Part shown: in pieces, positions 10,859 to 22,425 of the stretch
How positions within the stretch are numbered: the stretch's first letter is position 1
How the letters are laid out: each line of letters opens with the position of its first letter
Source of the DNA: Anaeromyxobacteraceae bacterium
GTDB lineage: Bacteria > Myxococcota > Myxococcia > Myxococcales > Anaeromyxobacteraceae
NCBI GenBank assembly: GCA_032654565.1
Contig: JAULAX010000002.1
Coordinates: 160,001-224,000, forward strand
Reading direction: 5' to 3'
Length of the DNA stretch: 64,000 nucleotides
Translations under genes and position numbers: made by a program
Notes under the pieces: generated by a model
The model's input: the letters and a program-made list of their open reading frames with translations, nothing else
Told to the model about the DNA's origin: nothing
Databases searched by the model: none

Positions 10859-11428
10859 ATGGTCCGCGACATCGTCATCTGGCCCGACCCCATCCTCAAG
10901 CAGATCGCCAAGCCGGTCGATCGCGTCGACGACGCCCTGCGCCGGCTGCTCGACGACATGGCCGAGACCATGTACGCCGCCGACGGCGTCGGGCTGGCGG
11001 CGCCGCAGGTCGGCGAGCTGGTGCGGGCCATCGTCATCGATGTCTCCTCCCGCCAGGAGGGACAGCGGCTCATCCACCTGGTCAACCCGGAGATCGTCAA
11101 GACCGAGGGGACCCGGGTCTACACCGAGGGGTGCCTCTCCATCCCCGGCGAGGCCGAGGACGTGGAGCGGGCCGACAAGGTCTGGGTCCGGGCCCTGGGG
11201 CGCAACGGCAAGCCCTTCGAGCTGGAGTGCGACGAGCTGCTGGCCATCGCCGTGCAGCACGAGTACGACCACCTGCAGGGCACGGTCTTCGTCGACCACC
11301 TCTCCTCGCTGAAGCGCGAGATCATCCGCCGCCGCATGAAGAAGCTGAAGCTGGAGCAGGCCGAGGAGCGCGCCGAGGAGCGGGCCGACATGGTCAAGGG
11401 CGCCTCCAAGCACGAGTCGGCGCTGTAG
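10859..11428 (+). CDS. def: Peptide deformylase
   Basis: GVGLAAPQVG, EGCLS, QHEYDH. Confidence 0.97.
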   Translation: MVRDIVIWPDPILKQIAKPVDRVDDALRRLLDDMAETMYAADGVGLAAPQVGELVRAIVIDVSSRQEGQRLIHLVNPEIVKTEGTRVYTEGCLSIPGEAEDVERADKVWVRALGRNGKPFELECDELLAIAVQHEYDHLQGTVFVDHLSSLKREIIRRRMKKLKLEQAEERAEERADMVKGASKHESAL

Positions 11429-11592
11429 GACGCGGAGGCTCCGATGTGGGGAGCCCTTCGACCAGAGGCCAGAGCGCCGTCCCCCGGAGACGCCTTGCCT
11501 TGGCGAATGGGGCGATCAGGCCTGCGCGGCGCAGCTTCCTGCGCCTTGCGATTGGTGACATGGCCATGACGCGGCCGGGCGAGGATGGCGGC

Positions 11593-12249
11593 ATGTCCAC
11601 GGTCGCCCACGCCCCCGGTCCCAAGCCGCTGCTCCGCGGCGTCTCCCACGAGATCGCCGCCGCCTTCGCCGTCGCCGGCTGGATCGTCCTGTTCAACGCC
11701 TCGACCGGCCTGCGCGGCGCCGTGGCCGCCGCCGTCTACGGCTTCGCCCTGACCGCCCAGTTCTCCATCTCGGCGCTCTACCACCGGCCCCGCTGGGGCG
11801 ACCGGGCCCGGCTGCTGATGCGCCGGCTCGACCACGCCGCCATCTTCGTGCTCATCGCCGGCACCTACACCCCCTTCTGCCTGCTGATGCCGCCGGAGAC
11901 CGGCCACCCGCTGCTCTGGGTGGTCTGGACCGGCGCCCTGGCCGGCATGATCCTCTCGGTGCTCTGGCCGCTGGCCCCCAAGTGGCTGATGGCGCTGCTC
12001 ACCGTGGGGCTGGGCTGGGCCATCGTCCCCACCTTCCCCTCCATGCTGGCGGCCATCGGCTGGCACGGGGTGGGGCTGCTCGGCGCCGGCGGCGTCGCCT
12101 ACACGGTGGGGGCGGTGGTCTACGCCACCCGCTGGCCCAACCCCAACCCCCGGGTCTTCGGCTATCACGAGGTCTTCCACGTGCTGGTGATCGCAGCGGC
12201 CATCTGCCACTACGTCGCCGTGGCCGGGACCATCGGCGCCATCAGGTAG
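11593..12249 (+). CDS. Hemolysin III / PAQR-family membrane protein
   Basis: KPLLRG.SH, SALYH, RRLDHAAIFVLIAGTYTP, HEVFH. Confidence 0.92.
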   Translation: MSTVAHAPGPKPLLRGVSHEIAAAFAVAGWIVLFNASTGLRGAVAAAVYGFALTAQFSISALYHRPRWGDRARLLMRRLDHAAIFVLIAGTYTPFCLLMPPETGHPLLWVVWTGALAGMILSVLWPLAPKWLMALLTVGLGWAIVPTFPSMLAAIGWHGVGLLGAGGVAYTVGAVVYATRWPNPNPRVFGYHEVFHVLVIAAAICHYVAVAGTIGAIR

Positions 12250-13126
12250 GCTTGACCCGCCTCAGCTCGGCCTCGATGAGCTGGGCCAGCAACCGGATGC
12301 GCGGGATGTCCAGCGCCGACCGGGCCGCCACCAGGTGGAGCGCGCCGCGGGCGAAGGGGCCGAGGTCGAGGTCGAGCGGCACCAGCGCGCTGGGGCGGGA
12401 GAAGCGGTGGCGCAGCCGCGGCAGGACCATCGCCCCCACGCCCGCCTCGGCGGCCGCCTGCTGCACCAGGATGTGGTCCGAGGTGAAGGCGGGCGTGTAG
12501 CCGGGGATCAGCTCGGCCAGCTGCGGGTTGGGCGGCAGCTCCTGGTACGGGGGCGCCCAGGCGATCCAGGGCAGCTCCTGCAGCATCGGCCGCCGCGGCA
12601 GCTTCCGGGCCAGCGCCGGCGCCACGTGGACCGCGTGGGTCGTCTCCAGCGTGTAGACCAGCGCCAGGTCCGGGTGGTTGGGCGGTCGCACCCGCAGCGC
12701 CAGGTCGGCCTCGCCGCGGGCCAGGTCGAGGTGCTGCATGGTGCCCAGCACCTCGAGGCGCAGCCCGGGGTGCTGGCCGGCCAGCCAGCCCGCGAGCGGG
12801 GCCAGGAAGTCGTGCGCCACCATGGGCGGCGCCGTGATCCGCACCAGCCCCTGCGGTCCCCGGTCGGTCGGCTCGGCGGCCCGCCCCACCTCGCCGGCCC
12901 ACTCGGCCATGCGCCGCGCCGGCGCCAGCATCCGCTCCCCCGCGGTGGTGAGCGCCGCGCCCGCGGCGCTGCGGCGGAAGAGCGACTCGCCCACGGCCCG
13001 CTCCAGCGTGGCCAGCCGCCGGCTCAGGGTGGGCTGCGCCATCCGCAGCTTCCGGGCGGCGGCGCTCACGCTCCCCTCCTCGGCCACGGCGAGGAAGAGC
13101 TTCACCTCATCCCAGGAGATATCCAT
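12242..13126 (-). CDS. LysR-family transcriptional regulator
   Basis: N-terminal HTH GSVSAAARKLRMAQPTLSRR; DLARGEADLALR. Confidence 0.93.
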   Translation of the reverse strand: MDISWDEVKLFLAVAEEGSVSAAARKLRMAQPTLSRRLATLERAVGESLFRRSAAGAALTTAGERMLAPARRMAEWAGEVGRAAEPTDRGPQGLVRITAPPMVAHDFLAPLAGWLAGQHPGLRLEVLGTMQHLDLARGEADLALRVRPPNHPDLALVYTLETTHAVHVAPALARKLPRRPMLQELPWIAWAPPYQELPPNPQLAELIPGYTPAFTSDHILVQQAAAEAGVGAMVLPRLRHRFSRPSALVPLDLDLGPFARGALHLVAARSALDIPRIRLLAQLIEAELRRVKPT

Positions 13127-13130
13127 TGGC

Positions 13131-13144
13131 GCATGATGTCATGC
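13131..13144. promoter_or_regulatory. Palindrome GCATGA-TG-TCATGC between divergent lysR and MBL genes; candidate operator
   Basis: Perfect 6-bp inverted repeat 4 nt upstream of the lysR ATG. Confidence 0.4.
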
Positions 13145-13208
13145 CTCCTTTGCTCTTTTCCATACCTGGGCGACTAGGTAGATCAGCCGCTCACGGAGGT
13201 CGTCCGCC

Positions 13209-14135
13209 ATGTCCAGCCGCCCCCTCGCCGTCGCCGCCCTGCTCCTCTCCACCGCCTGCGCCACCACCAGCCACCCCACCGGCGTCTCCTCGCTCGGCGT
13301 CGCCAGGCCGGCCCGGGACCTGCTCGCCGTCATCGACCAGCCCGGGCCGGTGGAGGTCGAGACCGTCGCCTCGGCCGACTGGGTGGTGCCGCGGGAGGGA
13401 CTCATCAACCTCGACCACCCGCGCGCCCGCGCCGCGGGCCTGAAGGACGGGCTGGAGCCGATCCAGGTCTACTTCCACGCCGTCCGCCACCCGACCCGCG
13501 GCCTCTTCCTCGTCGACACCGGCATCGAGCGGGCGCTGCGCGACCGACCGGAGCAGGCCGCCTTCCGCGGCCTGGTGGCCTCGCAGATGCACCTCGAGGC
13601 CCTGAAGGTCCACGTCGCGCTCGGTGACTGGCTGGCCGCCCACCCCGGGCCGGTGGCCGGCGTCTTCCTCACCCACCTCCACCCAGACCACCTGGCCGGC
13701 CTGGCCGACGTCGCCGCCGGGACCCCGGTCTACGCCGGGCCCGGGGAGGCGGGTGAGCGGGCGCTGGTGAACCTCTTCCTGCAGCCCAACATCGACCGGG
13801 CCCTGGCCGGCAAGGGGCTGCTGGCGACCTGGCCCTTCACCTCCGAGGTGGGCGGGCCCTTCGACGGGGTCGTCGACGTCTTCGGCGACGGCTCGGTCTG
13901 GGCGCTCTGGGTTCCGGGCCACACCGGCGGCAGCACCGCCTACCTGCTCCGCACCCCGCGCGGCCCCGTGCTCCTCGCCGGAGACGCCTGCCACACCCGC
14001 TGGGGATGGGACCACGACGTCGAGCCGGGCTCCTTCTCCAGCGACCTGCCGCGCAGCGCCGCGAGCCTGGCGCGGCTGAAGCGGCTGGTCGCCGAGCACC
14101 CGGGCGTCGAGGTGAGGCTCGGGCACCAGCGGTGA
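13209..14135 (+). CDS. MBL-fold metallo-hydrolase lipoprotein, AHL-lactonase-like
   Basis: Lipobox LSTAC; THLHPDH, PGHT, LAGDA and GH metal ligands; SD GGAGG. Confidence 0.85.
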   Translation: MSSRPLAVAALLLSTACATTSHPTGVSSLGVARPARDLLAVIDQPGPVEVETVASADWVVPREGLINLDHPRARAAGLKDGLEPIQVYFHAVRHPTRGLFLVDTGIERALRDRPEQAAFRGLVASQMHLEALKVHVALGDWLAAHPGPVAGVFLTHLHPDHLAGLADVAAGTPVYAGPGEAGERALVNLFLQPNIDRALAGKGLLATWPFTSEVGGPFDGVVDVFGDGSVWALWVPGHTGGSTAYLLRTPRGPVLLAGDACHTRWGWDHDVEPGSFSSDLPRSAASLARLKRLVAEHPGVEVRLGHQR

Positions 14136-14280
14136 GGGCCGGGCCCGGCGTCCCGGGCCCAGCTTCCCCGGCTTCCGGTGCTGGCCCGTGCGCGCCTCAC
14201 GTCCGCACCGGGTGGCGCGGGCCACGGCGGCCCCGGTCGCCGTTGCGCCCGGCCGGCCCGGCGTGCTCTCTTGCCGCGCC

Positions 14281-14874
14281 ATGACCGCTCCCCAGCGCTT
14301 CGACGCCGCCTACTACCGCCGCCACTACCAGGACCGGGCCCGGGTCCACTCCGCCGAGGAGGTGGGGCGTCTGGCCGAGGGCGTGGTGGGGCTGGCCGGC
14401 TGGCTGGGCGTGGCGCTGGACTCGGTGCTGGACGTCGGGGCCGGGCCGGGGCTGTGGCGCGACTGGTTCCGCCGCCACCGGCCGGCGGTCCGCTACCGCT
14501 CCACCGACGTCTCGCCGTTCGCCTGCCAGGCCTACGGCCACGAGCGGCGCGACATCGGCGCCTGGCGCTCGCGGGAGCGGTACGACCTGGTGGTCTGCCA
14601 GGGGGTGCTGCAGTACCTCGAGGCCGACGACGCCGCCGCGGCCATCGAGAACCTGGGCGCCATGAGCCGCGGCCTGCTCTACCTGGAGGCCATCACCCGC
14701 CGGGATCTCGCCGAGGTGGTCGACCTGGCGCGGACCGACACCGCCATCCACGCCCGGAGCGGCGCCTGGTACCGGCGGCGGCTCCAGCCCCACTTCGTGC
14801 AGGTGGGGGCGGGGCTCTGGGCGGCGCGGCGGGCCGGGCTCGCCTTCTACGAGCTGGAGGCGGCCGGGCGCTGA
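14281..14874 (+). CDS. Class I SAM-dependent methyltransferase
   Basis: VLDVGAGPG motif I; YDLVVCQGVLQYL. Confidence 0.85.
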   Translation: MTAPQRFDAAYYRRHYQDRARVHSAEEVGRLAEGVVGLAGWLGVALDSVLDVGAGPGLWRDWFRRHRPAVRYRSTDVSPFACQAYGHERRDIGAWRSRERYDLVVCQGVLQYLEADDAAAAIENLGAMSRGLLYLEAITRRDLAEVVDLARTDTAIHARSGAWYRRRLQPHFVQVGAGLWAARRAGLAFYELEAAGR

Positions 14875-14910
14875 GCGGGGGGCCGGGCCGGACGGCGGCG
14901 AGGGGCGTCC

Positions 14911-15684
14911 CTACAGCCGCTCGTCGATGGCCCGGTTCGACATGGCGTCGGCCTGGCCGTTCTCCTCGCGGGGGATGTGGCGGATCTCGATCTGGTCGAA
15001 GCCCTTGAAGAGCGCCACCGCCTCGGCGTGCAGCGGCGCCAGGTGCTCGGCCTTGACCGCGTACTCACCCTTCACCTGCTTCACCACCAGCTCGGAGTCG
15101 GCCAGCACCTCGAGCTCCTTGATGCCCATGGCCTTGGCCCGCTTCAGCCCCAGGATCAGCCCCATGTACTCGGCGACGTTGTTGGTCTCGTCGCCGAGGA
15201 ACTTCCCCACCTTGGCGACGATGTGGCCGGCCGGGTTGACGATCACCGCGCCGGCGCCGGCCGGGCCGGGGTTGCCGCGGGCGGCCCCGTCGCAGTAGAG
15301 CCGGGTGTGGACCGGGCGGGCCTGGGCGGCCACCTCGGCGATCACCGCCTGCTCCTGCTTCTCGGCCTCGGCGGCGGCGGCGGCCCGCTCCCGGCGGCGC
15401 GCCTCGCGCTCGGCCTTGGAGAGCTCCATCGACTCCTGCAGCTCCTCGGCGGCCCGGGCCGCGGCCCGCTCCACCTCGCTGCCCTTGCGGACCTTGAGCC
15501 CCTGCTTGCTGGCGGCGGGCGGGGGCGGGGCCTCGGCGTCGAGCGCCTCGATCCGGTCGGCGGCGGCGCCCAGCACCTTGCCCAGGGTGTCGCGGGTGTG
15601 GCCCGGGTAGCGGGCCAGGGAGCGTGGCAGCTCCTCGTTGGCGGCGATGAAGCGGAGCAGGTCGGCGAGGACGGACTTGGACAC
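14911..15684 (-). CDS. rnhA: Ribonuclease HI (actinobacterial/archaeal-like type) with N-terminal helical extension
   Basis: DGAARGNPGPAG, TNNVAEY, DSELVVKQ, HIPREEN..AD. Confidence 0.9.
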   Translation of the reverse strand: MSKSVLADLLRFIAANEELPRSLARYPGHTRDTLGKVLGAAADRIEALDAEAPPPPAASKQGLKVRKGSEVERAAARAAEELQESMELSKAEREARRRERAAAAAEAEKQEQAVIAEVAAQARPVHTRLYCDGAARGNPGPAGAGAVIVNPAGHIVAKVGKFLGDETNNVAEYMGLILGLKRAKAMGIKELEVLADSELVVKQVKGEYAVKAEHLAPLHAEAVALFKGFDQIEIRHIPREENGQADAMSNRAIDERL

Positions 15685-15691
15685 GGTGGCC

Positions 15692-16438
15692 CTAGGCCGG
15701 GGGCGGCGGCGCCGGAGGGCTGACCGCGGCGAGCGAGTAGATGATGCGGTTGCAGTTGGGGCAGGTCTCGATGGAGTCGGCCCGCTGCAGGACGATGGAG
15801 AGCTGGGGCGGGATGTTGCGGTGGCAGCCCTTGCAGGTGGAGCCGATCACCGCGGCCACGGCCACCCCGGCCCGCCGCTTCCTGATGTTCTCGTACTTGC
15901 CGAGCAGCCCGGCGTCCACCAGCGTCGCCGCGGTGGCCCGCCGCGCCGCCAGGGCGGCCAGCTTGGCCTCGGCCTCGGCGGCGGCCTGGTCCAGCTTGGC
16001 GGCGGCGGCCTGGGCGGCGTCCTCCACCTCGGCCAGCGCCTCGCCGCCGTCCTCGAGGGCGATGCGGATCTCCACGGCGGCGGCGGCCAGCACCTTGGCC
16101 TGCTCGCTCTGGGTCTCGTTCGACTTCTTGGCGATGTCGATCTCGCGTGACATGGCGGCGTACTCGCGCGGGGTCTTGATCTCGCCGAGCCGCCCCTCCC
16201 ACTTCTTCACCTTGTCGCGGTCCATCCCCAGCAGGGCCTCGACCTGGCGCTTCTCGCGCTCGTTGGCGTCCAGCCGGGCCTTCTGGTCGTCGTAGGCCTT
16301 GCGGGCCGCCTTGACCCGGGCCTCCAGGATGGCCCGCTCGGCGGGGATGGCCTCCAGCCCCTGGCGGGCGGCGTGGGCGTCGAGATCGATCTGCTGCAGC
16401 TCCTCCAGCACCCTCAGCTTCTCTCGCAGCGACGACAA
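15692..16438 (-). CDS. Coiled-coil plus C4 zinc-ribbon protein (DUF164 / HP0958 / CT398 family)
   Basis: LEELQQID, long heptad region, CKGC...CPNCNRI; TTG start with AGGAG SD. Confidence 0.88.
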   Translation of the reverse strand: MSSLREKLRVLEELQQIDLDAHAARQGLEAIPAERAILEARVKAARKAYDDQKARLDANEREKRQVEALLGMDRDKVKKWEGRLGEIKTPREYAAMSREIDIAKKSNETQSEQAKVLAAAAVEIRIALEDGGEALAEVEDAAQAAAAKLDQAAAEAEAKLAALAARRATAATLVDAGLLGKYENIRKRRAGVAVAAVIGSTCKGCHRNIPPQLSIVLQRADSIETCPNCNRIIYSLAAVSPPAPPPPA

Positions 16439-16475
16439 AGCGACTCTCCTTGCTGTGTCCAACCAACCGGTGATG

Positions 16476-16547
16476 TGGGCCCACCAGGATTTGAACCTGG
16501 ATCGGGTCGGTTATGAGCCGATGGCTCTGCCGTTGAGCTATGGGCCC
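16476..16547 (-). tRNA. tRNA-Ile2, anticodon CAU (lysidine-modified); CCA end not encoded
   Basis: Cloverleaf GGGCCCA/TGGGCCC, D-arm GCTC/GAGC, loop CTCATAA, T-arm CCAGG-TTCAAAT-CCTGG; paired G1-C72 (not initiator); C4-G69 and C5-G68; located just after rpoD. Confidence 0.9.
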
Positions 16548-16588
16548 GAGCTCGCCTGGCAGGGCGGTCGTACCACTTTCCTCGTCCT

Positions 16589-18856
<2,268 letters not shown>

Positions 18857-18959
18857 GATCTCTCGACTCCTTGGACTGCGGTGCCGCTCCGTGTTCACTA
18901 CCCGCGGGCCCTGCGCCGGGCCCAGCCATCCTTCGCGCCCCCCGCGGGGGCCCCGCCCG

Positions 18960-20888
18960 TCAGCCGCTGCTCTCCAGCCCGCGCAGCCGGCGCTCCAGCT
19001 CGGCCCGCCGCCGCATCGCCACCTCGGCCTCGACGCGCAGGCCGTCGGCGACCGGCGAGCCGGCCTTGACGATGCGGGCGCTGCAGCGCTCCTGCTCGGC
19101 CACCACCGCGGCGATGGCCGCCTTGATGGCGGCGCGCCGCAGCAGCCGCTCGGCCACGCCCCGCTCCACGCCGCCCGGGCCGGTCAGGGCCTCGATGCGC
19201 CGCCGCAGCGGCTCCTCGACGTCGGCCAGCCGGGCCAGCGCCGCCTCGCGGGTCAGCGGCTCGCGGATCAGGTCTCGGGCCAGGTCGGCCAGCGGCCCCG
19301 GCGGCAGCAGCCCGGGGAGGTTCTCCTCGGCGGCCGCCGGCCCCAGGTCGCCGAAGGCGATGAGCAGGCCGAGGGCGTCCACCGCCGGCCCGGGCAGCAC
19401 CGCCTGGACCCGCTGGTGCGAGGCCAGCAGGCTGCCCGACGGCGACGGCCGCCGATCCCGCCGCCAGCCACCGCCCTCGCGGGGCGGCGGCGACCCGCCG
19501 TCCTCCGAGCCGCCCTCGTCGGCCTCGGGCGGGGGCGCCTCGCTTCGAGCCTCGCTCCGCGATCCCCTCGGCCCGGCCGCCAGCTCCCGCCGCAGCGCCT
19601 CGACGTCGAGGTCGAGCTTGCGGGCCACCGCCTCCTCGAGCACGCCCCGGGCCAGCCCCTCGGGGGCCAGCCGGGTGAGCGGGGCCAGCTCGGCCACCGC
19701 CGCCAGCTTGGCCTCCAGCGCCGCCGTCTTCGGCTCGCGACCGCAGGTCTTCTCCACCGCCCGGTCGATGAGGAACTGCGAGAGCGGCACCGCCGCGGCC
19801 AGCAGCGCCTCGACGCCGGCCTTGCCGTGGGCGCGGGCGAAGTCGTCGGGGTCCAGCTTGGCGTCGCCGGCCGGCAGCAGCGCCACCTTGCCGGCCAGCC
19901 CGGCCGGGAAGAGCGCCGCCGCCGCCTTGCCGGGCGCGGCCAGCCCGGCCTGGTCGCCGTCGAACAGCACCGTGACCTCGCGGCAGTCGCAGCGCTTGAG
20001 CAGCTCCACGTGCTCCGGCGTCAGCGCCGTGCCGCAGACCGCCACGGCGTTCTTGACGCCGGCCTGGTGCAGCCCGATCACGTCGAAGTACCCCTCCACC
20101 AGCACCGCCGTCCGCGTCTTGCGGATCGACTCGCGCGCCAGGTCGAGCCCGTAGAGCACCCGGCTCTTCTTGTAGAGCGGGGTCTCCGGGGTGTTGATGT
20201 ACTTGGCCCCCTTCTCCTCGCCCATGGCCCTCGCGCCGAACCCGATCACCACGCCGTCCAGCCCGGCGATGGGGAACATCAGCCGCCCCCGGAACCGGTC
20301 GTAGGTCCGGCCGTCCTCCTTCTCCACCAGCAGCCCGGCCTTGAGGACGGCCGCCTCCCCGATCCCCTTCTCCTTGAGCCGCGGCGGCAGGTCGTCCCAC
20401 CCCGAGGCCGCCACCCCGAGGCGGAAGGCCTTGACCTGCTCGTCCGCCACCCCCCGCGAGGCCAGGTAGGCCCGGGCGTCGGTGCCGTAGCCGCTGCCCA
20501 GCCGGGCCGCCCAGTAGCGGGCCGCGGCGTCGCAGGCGGCCTGGAGCTCGTTGCGCTCCTTGCGCCGGCGCTGCGCCTCGGCCGTCTCCTGGGCGTCCGA
20601 CTCGGGGATCTCGATCCCCACCTCGGCCGCCAGCTCGCGCACCACCTCGGGAAACTCCTTGCCCTGCAGCTTCTGCAGGAACGTGAAGACGTTGCCGTAC
20701 TCACCGCAGCCGTAGCACTTGTAGTGCTTGTCCTCGGTGTAGACGTGGAAGCTGGGCGTCCGCTCCCCGTGAAAGGGGCAGCAGCCCCGCCAGGTCCGTC
20801 CGGCCCGCTTCAGCTCCACGTGGCGGCCGATCAGCGCCACCACGTCGACGCGGGCCTTGATCTCCTCGATGACCTCGTCGGGGATCAG
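18960..20888 (-). CDS. dnaG: DNA primase (probable CTG start)
   Basis: [46 protein letters not shown]; conserved N-terminus (L)[14 protein letters not shown] lies upstream of the first GTG. Confidence 0.95.
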   Translation of the reverse strand: MIPDEVIEEIKARVDVVALIGRHVELKRAGRTWRGCCPFHGERTPSFHVYTEDKHYKCYGCGEYGNVFTFLQKLQGKEFPEVVRELAAEVGIEIPESDAQETAEAQRRRKERNELQAACDAAARYWAARLGSGYGTDARAYLASRGVADEQVKAFRLGVAASGWDDLPPRLKEKGIGEAAVLKAGLLVEKEDGRTYDRFRGRLMFPIAGLDGVVIGFGARAMGEEKGAKYINTPETPLYKKSRVLYGLDLARESIRKTRTAVLVEGYFDVIGLHQAGVKNAVAVCGTALTPEHVELLKRCDCREVTVLFDGDQAGLAAPGKAAAALFPAGLAGKVALLPAGDAKLDPDDFARAHGKAGVEALLAAAVPLSQFLIDRAVEKTCGREPKTAALEAKLAAVAELAPLTRLAPEGLARGVLEEAVARKLDLDVEALRRELAAGPRGSRSEARSEAPPPEADEGGSEDGGSPPPREGGGWRRDRRPSPSGSLLASHQRVQAVLPGPAVDALGLLIAFGDLGPAAAEENLPGLLPPGPLADLARDLIREPLTREAALARLADVEEPLRRRIEALTGPGGVERGVAERLLRRAAIKAAIAAVVAEQERCSARIVKAGSPVADGLRVEAEVAMRRRAELERRLRGLESSG

Positions 20889-20906
20889 GTGTCGCCCCCG
20901 GTCCGG

Positions 20907-21356
20907 CTAGGTCCCCGAGAGGCGGGCCTTCACCAGCTCCGAGACCAGCTTGCCGTCGGCCTTGCCCTGCACCTCCGGCAGGAGCGCCTTCATCACCGTC
21001 CCCATGTCGCGCGGGCCCGCGGCGCCGGTCTTCTTCACCGCCGCCTCGACCAGCCGCTTCAGCTCGGCCTCGTCGAGCTGGGCCGGCAGGTAGCCGAGCA
21101 GGATGGCGGTCTCCGCCTCCTCCTTGGCCACCAGGTCCAGCCGGTTCCCGGCCCGGTACTGCTCGATCGAGTCCTTGTGCCGCTTGATCTCGCCGGAGAT
21201 CACCTGCAGCACCCCGGCGTCGTCGAGCGGCTTCATGGCCTCGATCTCCCGGTACTTGATGGCGCTCTTGAGCATGCGGACCACGGAGAGCTTCACCGTG
21301 TCCTTCACGCGCATCGACGCCTTCAGGTCGGCGTCGAGCTGGTCCTTGAGCGCCAT
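20907..21356 (-). CDS. GatB/YqeY-domain protein
   Basis: LKDQLDADLKASM, YLPAQL, DMGTVMK, KADGKLVS; between rpsU and dnaG. Confidence 0.92.
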   Translation of the reverse strand: MALKDQLDADLKASMRVKDTVKLSVVRMLKSAIKYREIEAMKPLDDAGVLQVISGEIKRHKDSIEQYRAGNRLDLVAKEEAETAILLGYLPAQLDEAELKRLVEAAVKKTGAAGPRDMGTVMKALLPEVQGKADGKLVSELVKARLSGT

Positions 21357-21390
21357 GGGGTCCCCCGGGAGGTGCGGCGACGACGGGCGG

Positions 21391-21585
21391 CTAGTACGTC
21401 TTCCGCGACTTCTTCATGGCGCGCTTCTTGGCCGCCAGCGCCTTCTTCTTGCGCTTGACGCTCGGCTTCTCGTAGTGCTCGCGCTTGCGGATCTCCGAGA
21501 GGATGCCGGCCTTCTCGCACTGCTTCTTGAACCGCTTCATCGCGTTCTCGAAGGATTCGCCTTCCTTGACACGCACTCCGGTCAT
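21391..21585 (-). CDS. rpsU: 30S ribosomal protein S21
   Basis: [16 protein letters not shown]...REHYEKPS. Confidence 0.97.
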   Translation of the reverse strand: MTGVRVKEGESFENAMKRFKKQCEKAGILSEIRKREHYEKPSVKRKKKALAAKKRAMKKSRKTY

Positions 21586-21684
21586 TCTTTGCCTCGAACC
21601 TTTGGGTTGGCTTCGTGAGGGGCTCACGAAAGCGCAAAGCCGGATGCCCTGGGGCACCCGGCTCAAGCGCACGGTGGAACGGGG

Positions 21685-21713
21685 TGCTTAGAAAGATTTC
21701 GCCAGTTTGTCAA
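21685..21713 (-). promoter_or_regulatory. Sigma70 promoter of rpsU-yqeY-dnaG-rpoD
   Basis: TTGACA-N17-TAAGCA on the minus strand; the -35 overlaps the hisE stop. Confidence 0.65.
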
Positions 21714-22036
21714 GGACTTCCGGGTCGCCGGGGGGCCCCGTGGCGGGCCTCCAGCGCCTCGTAGACCTGCGCCGGCGTCACCCCCGCCGAGGCCAGCACC
21801 ACGAACAGGTGGTAGACGAGGTCGGCCGCCTCCAGGGCCAGGTGCTCGCCGGTGTCCTGCCCGGCCAGCAGCCCCTGCTGGGCCTCTACGACCTCGTAGG
21901 CCTCCTCGATGACCTTGCGGCGGGCCTTGGCCGGGGCGGCGAGGAGCTTGCGGGTGTAGCTCTCGAGCTCCGCCGGGTCGTCGCGGCGGGCTTCGATGGT
22001 CTTCCAGAGGGTCGCGAGGAACCGCTCGTCGGCCAT
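21710..22036 (-). CDS. hisE: Phosphoribosyl-ATP pyrophosphohydrolase
   Basis: [31 protein letters not shown]. Confidence 0.93.
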   Translation of the reverse strand: MADERFLATLWKTIEARRDDPAELESYTRKLLAAPAKARRKVIEEAYEVVEAQQGLLAGQDTGEHLALEAADLVYHLFVVLASAGVTPAQVYEALEARHGAPRRPGSP

Positions 22037-22425
22037 GGCATCTCCTGGGTGGTGTGGAAGCAGCTCCGCTCCCCGGTGTGGCAGGCCGGCCCGGCCTGCC
22101 GGACCACGTAGAGCACGGCGTCGCCGTCGCAGTCCACCGAGACCGAGAGCACCTGCTGGACGTGGCCGGAGGTGTCCCCCTTGCGCCAGAGCGCGCCGCG
22201 GCTGCGCGACCAGTAGGTGCCGCGCCCGGTGGCCAGCGTCCGCTCGAGCGCCTCGCGGTTGGCCCAGGCCAGCATCAGCACCGTGCCGTCGGCCTCCTGG
22301 GCCACCACCGGGACCAGCCCGCGCCCGTCGAACTGGATGAGCCCGAGCAGCGCCGCCGACGACCCGGCCGCCTTCGCCAGGGCCTTCCCCGGCCCCTTCC
22401 CCGGGGCCTTCCTGGGAGCCTTCAT
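21886..22425 (-). CDS. hisI: Phosphoribosyl-AMP cyclohydrolase; frame runs 151 nt into hisE
   Basis: [28 protein letters not shown]; homology ends near 22048. Confidence 0.9.
   Translation of the reverse strand: MKAPRKAPGKGPGKALAKAAGSSAALLGLIQFDGRGLVPVVAQEADGTVLMLAWANREALERTLATGRGTYWSRSRGALWRKGDTSGHVQQVLSVSVDCDGDAVLYVVRQAGPACHTGERSCFHTTQEMPWPTSGSSRPSGRPSKPAATTRRSSRATPASSSPPRPRPAARSSRRPTRS

Noticed and set aside
16476..16547. Initiator tRNA-fMet
   Set aside because: The 1-72 pair is matched and the anticodon stem lacks three consecutive G-C pairs; acceptor stem and location fit Ile2
16440..16588. tRNA as an integration site for an island
   Set aside because: No integrase and no duplicated tRNA 3' end seen in the window; flanking genes are housekeeping
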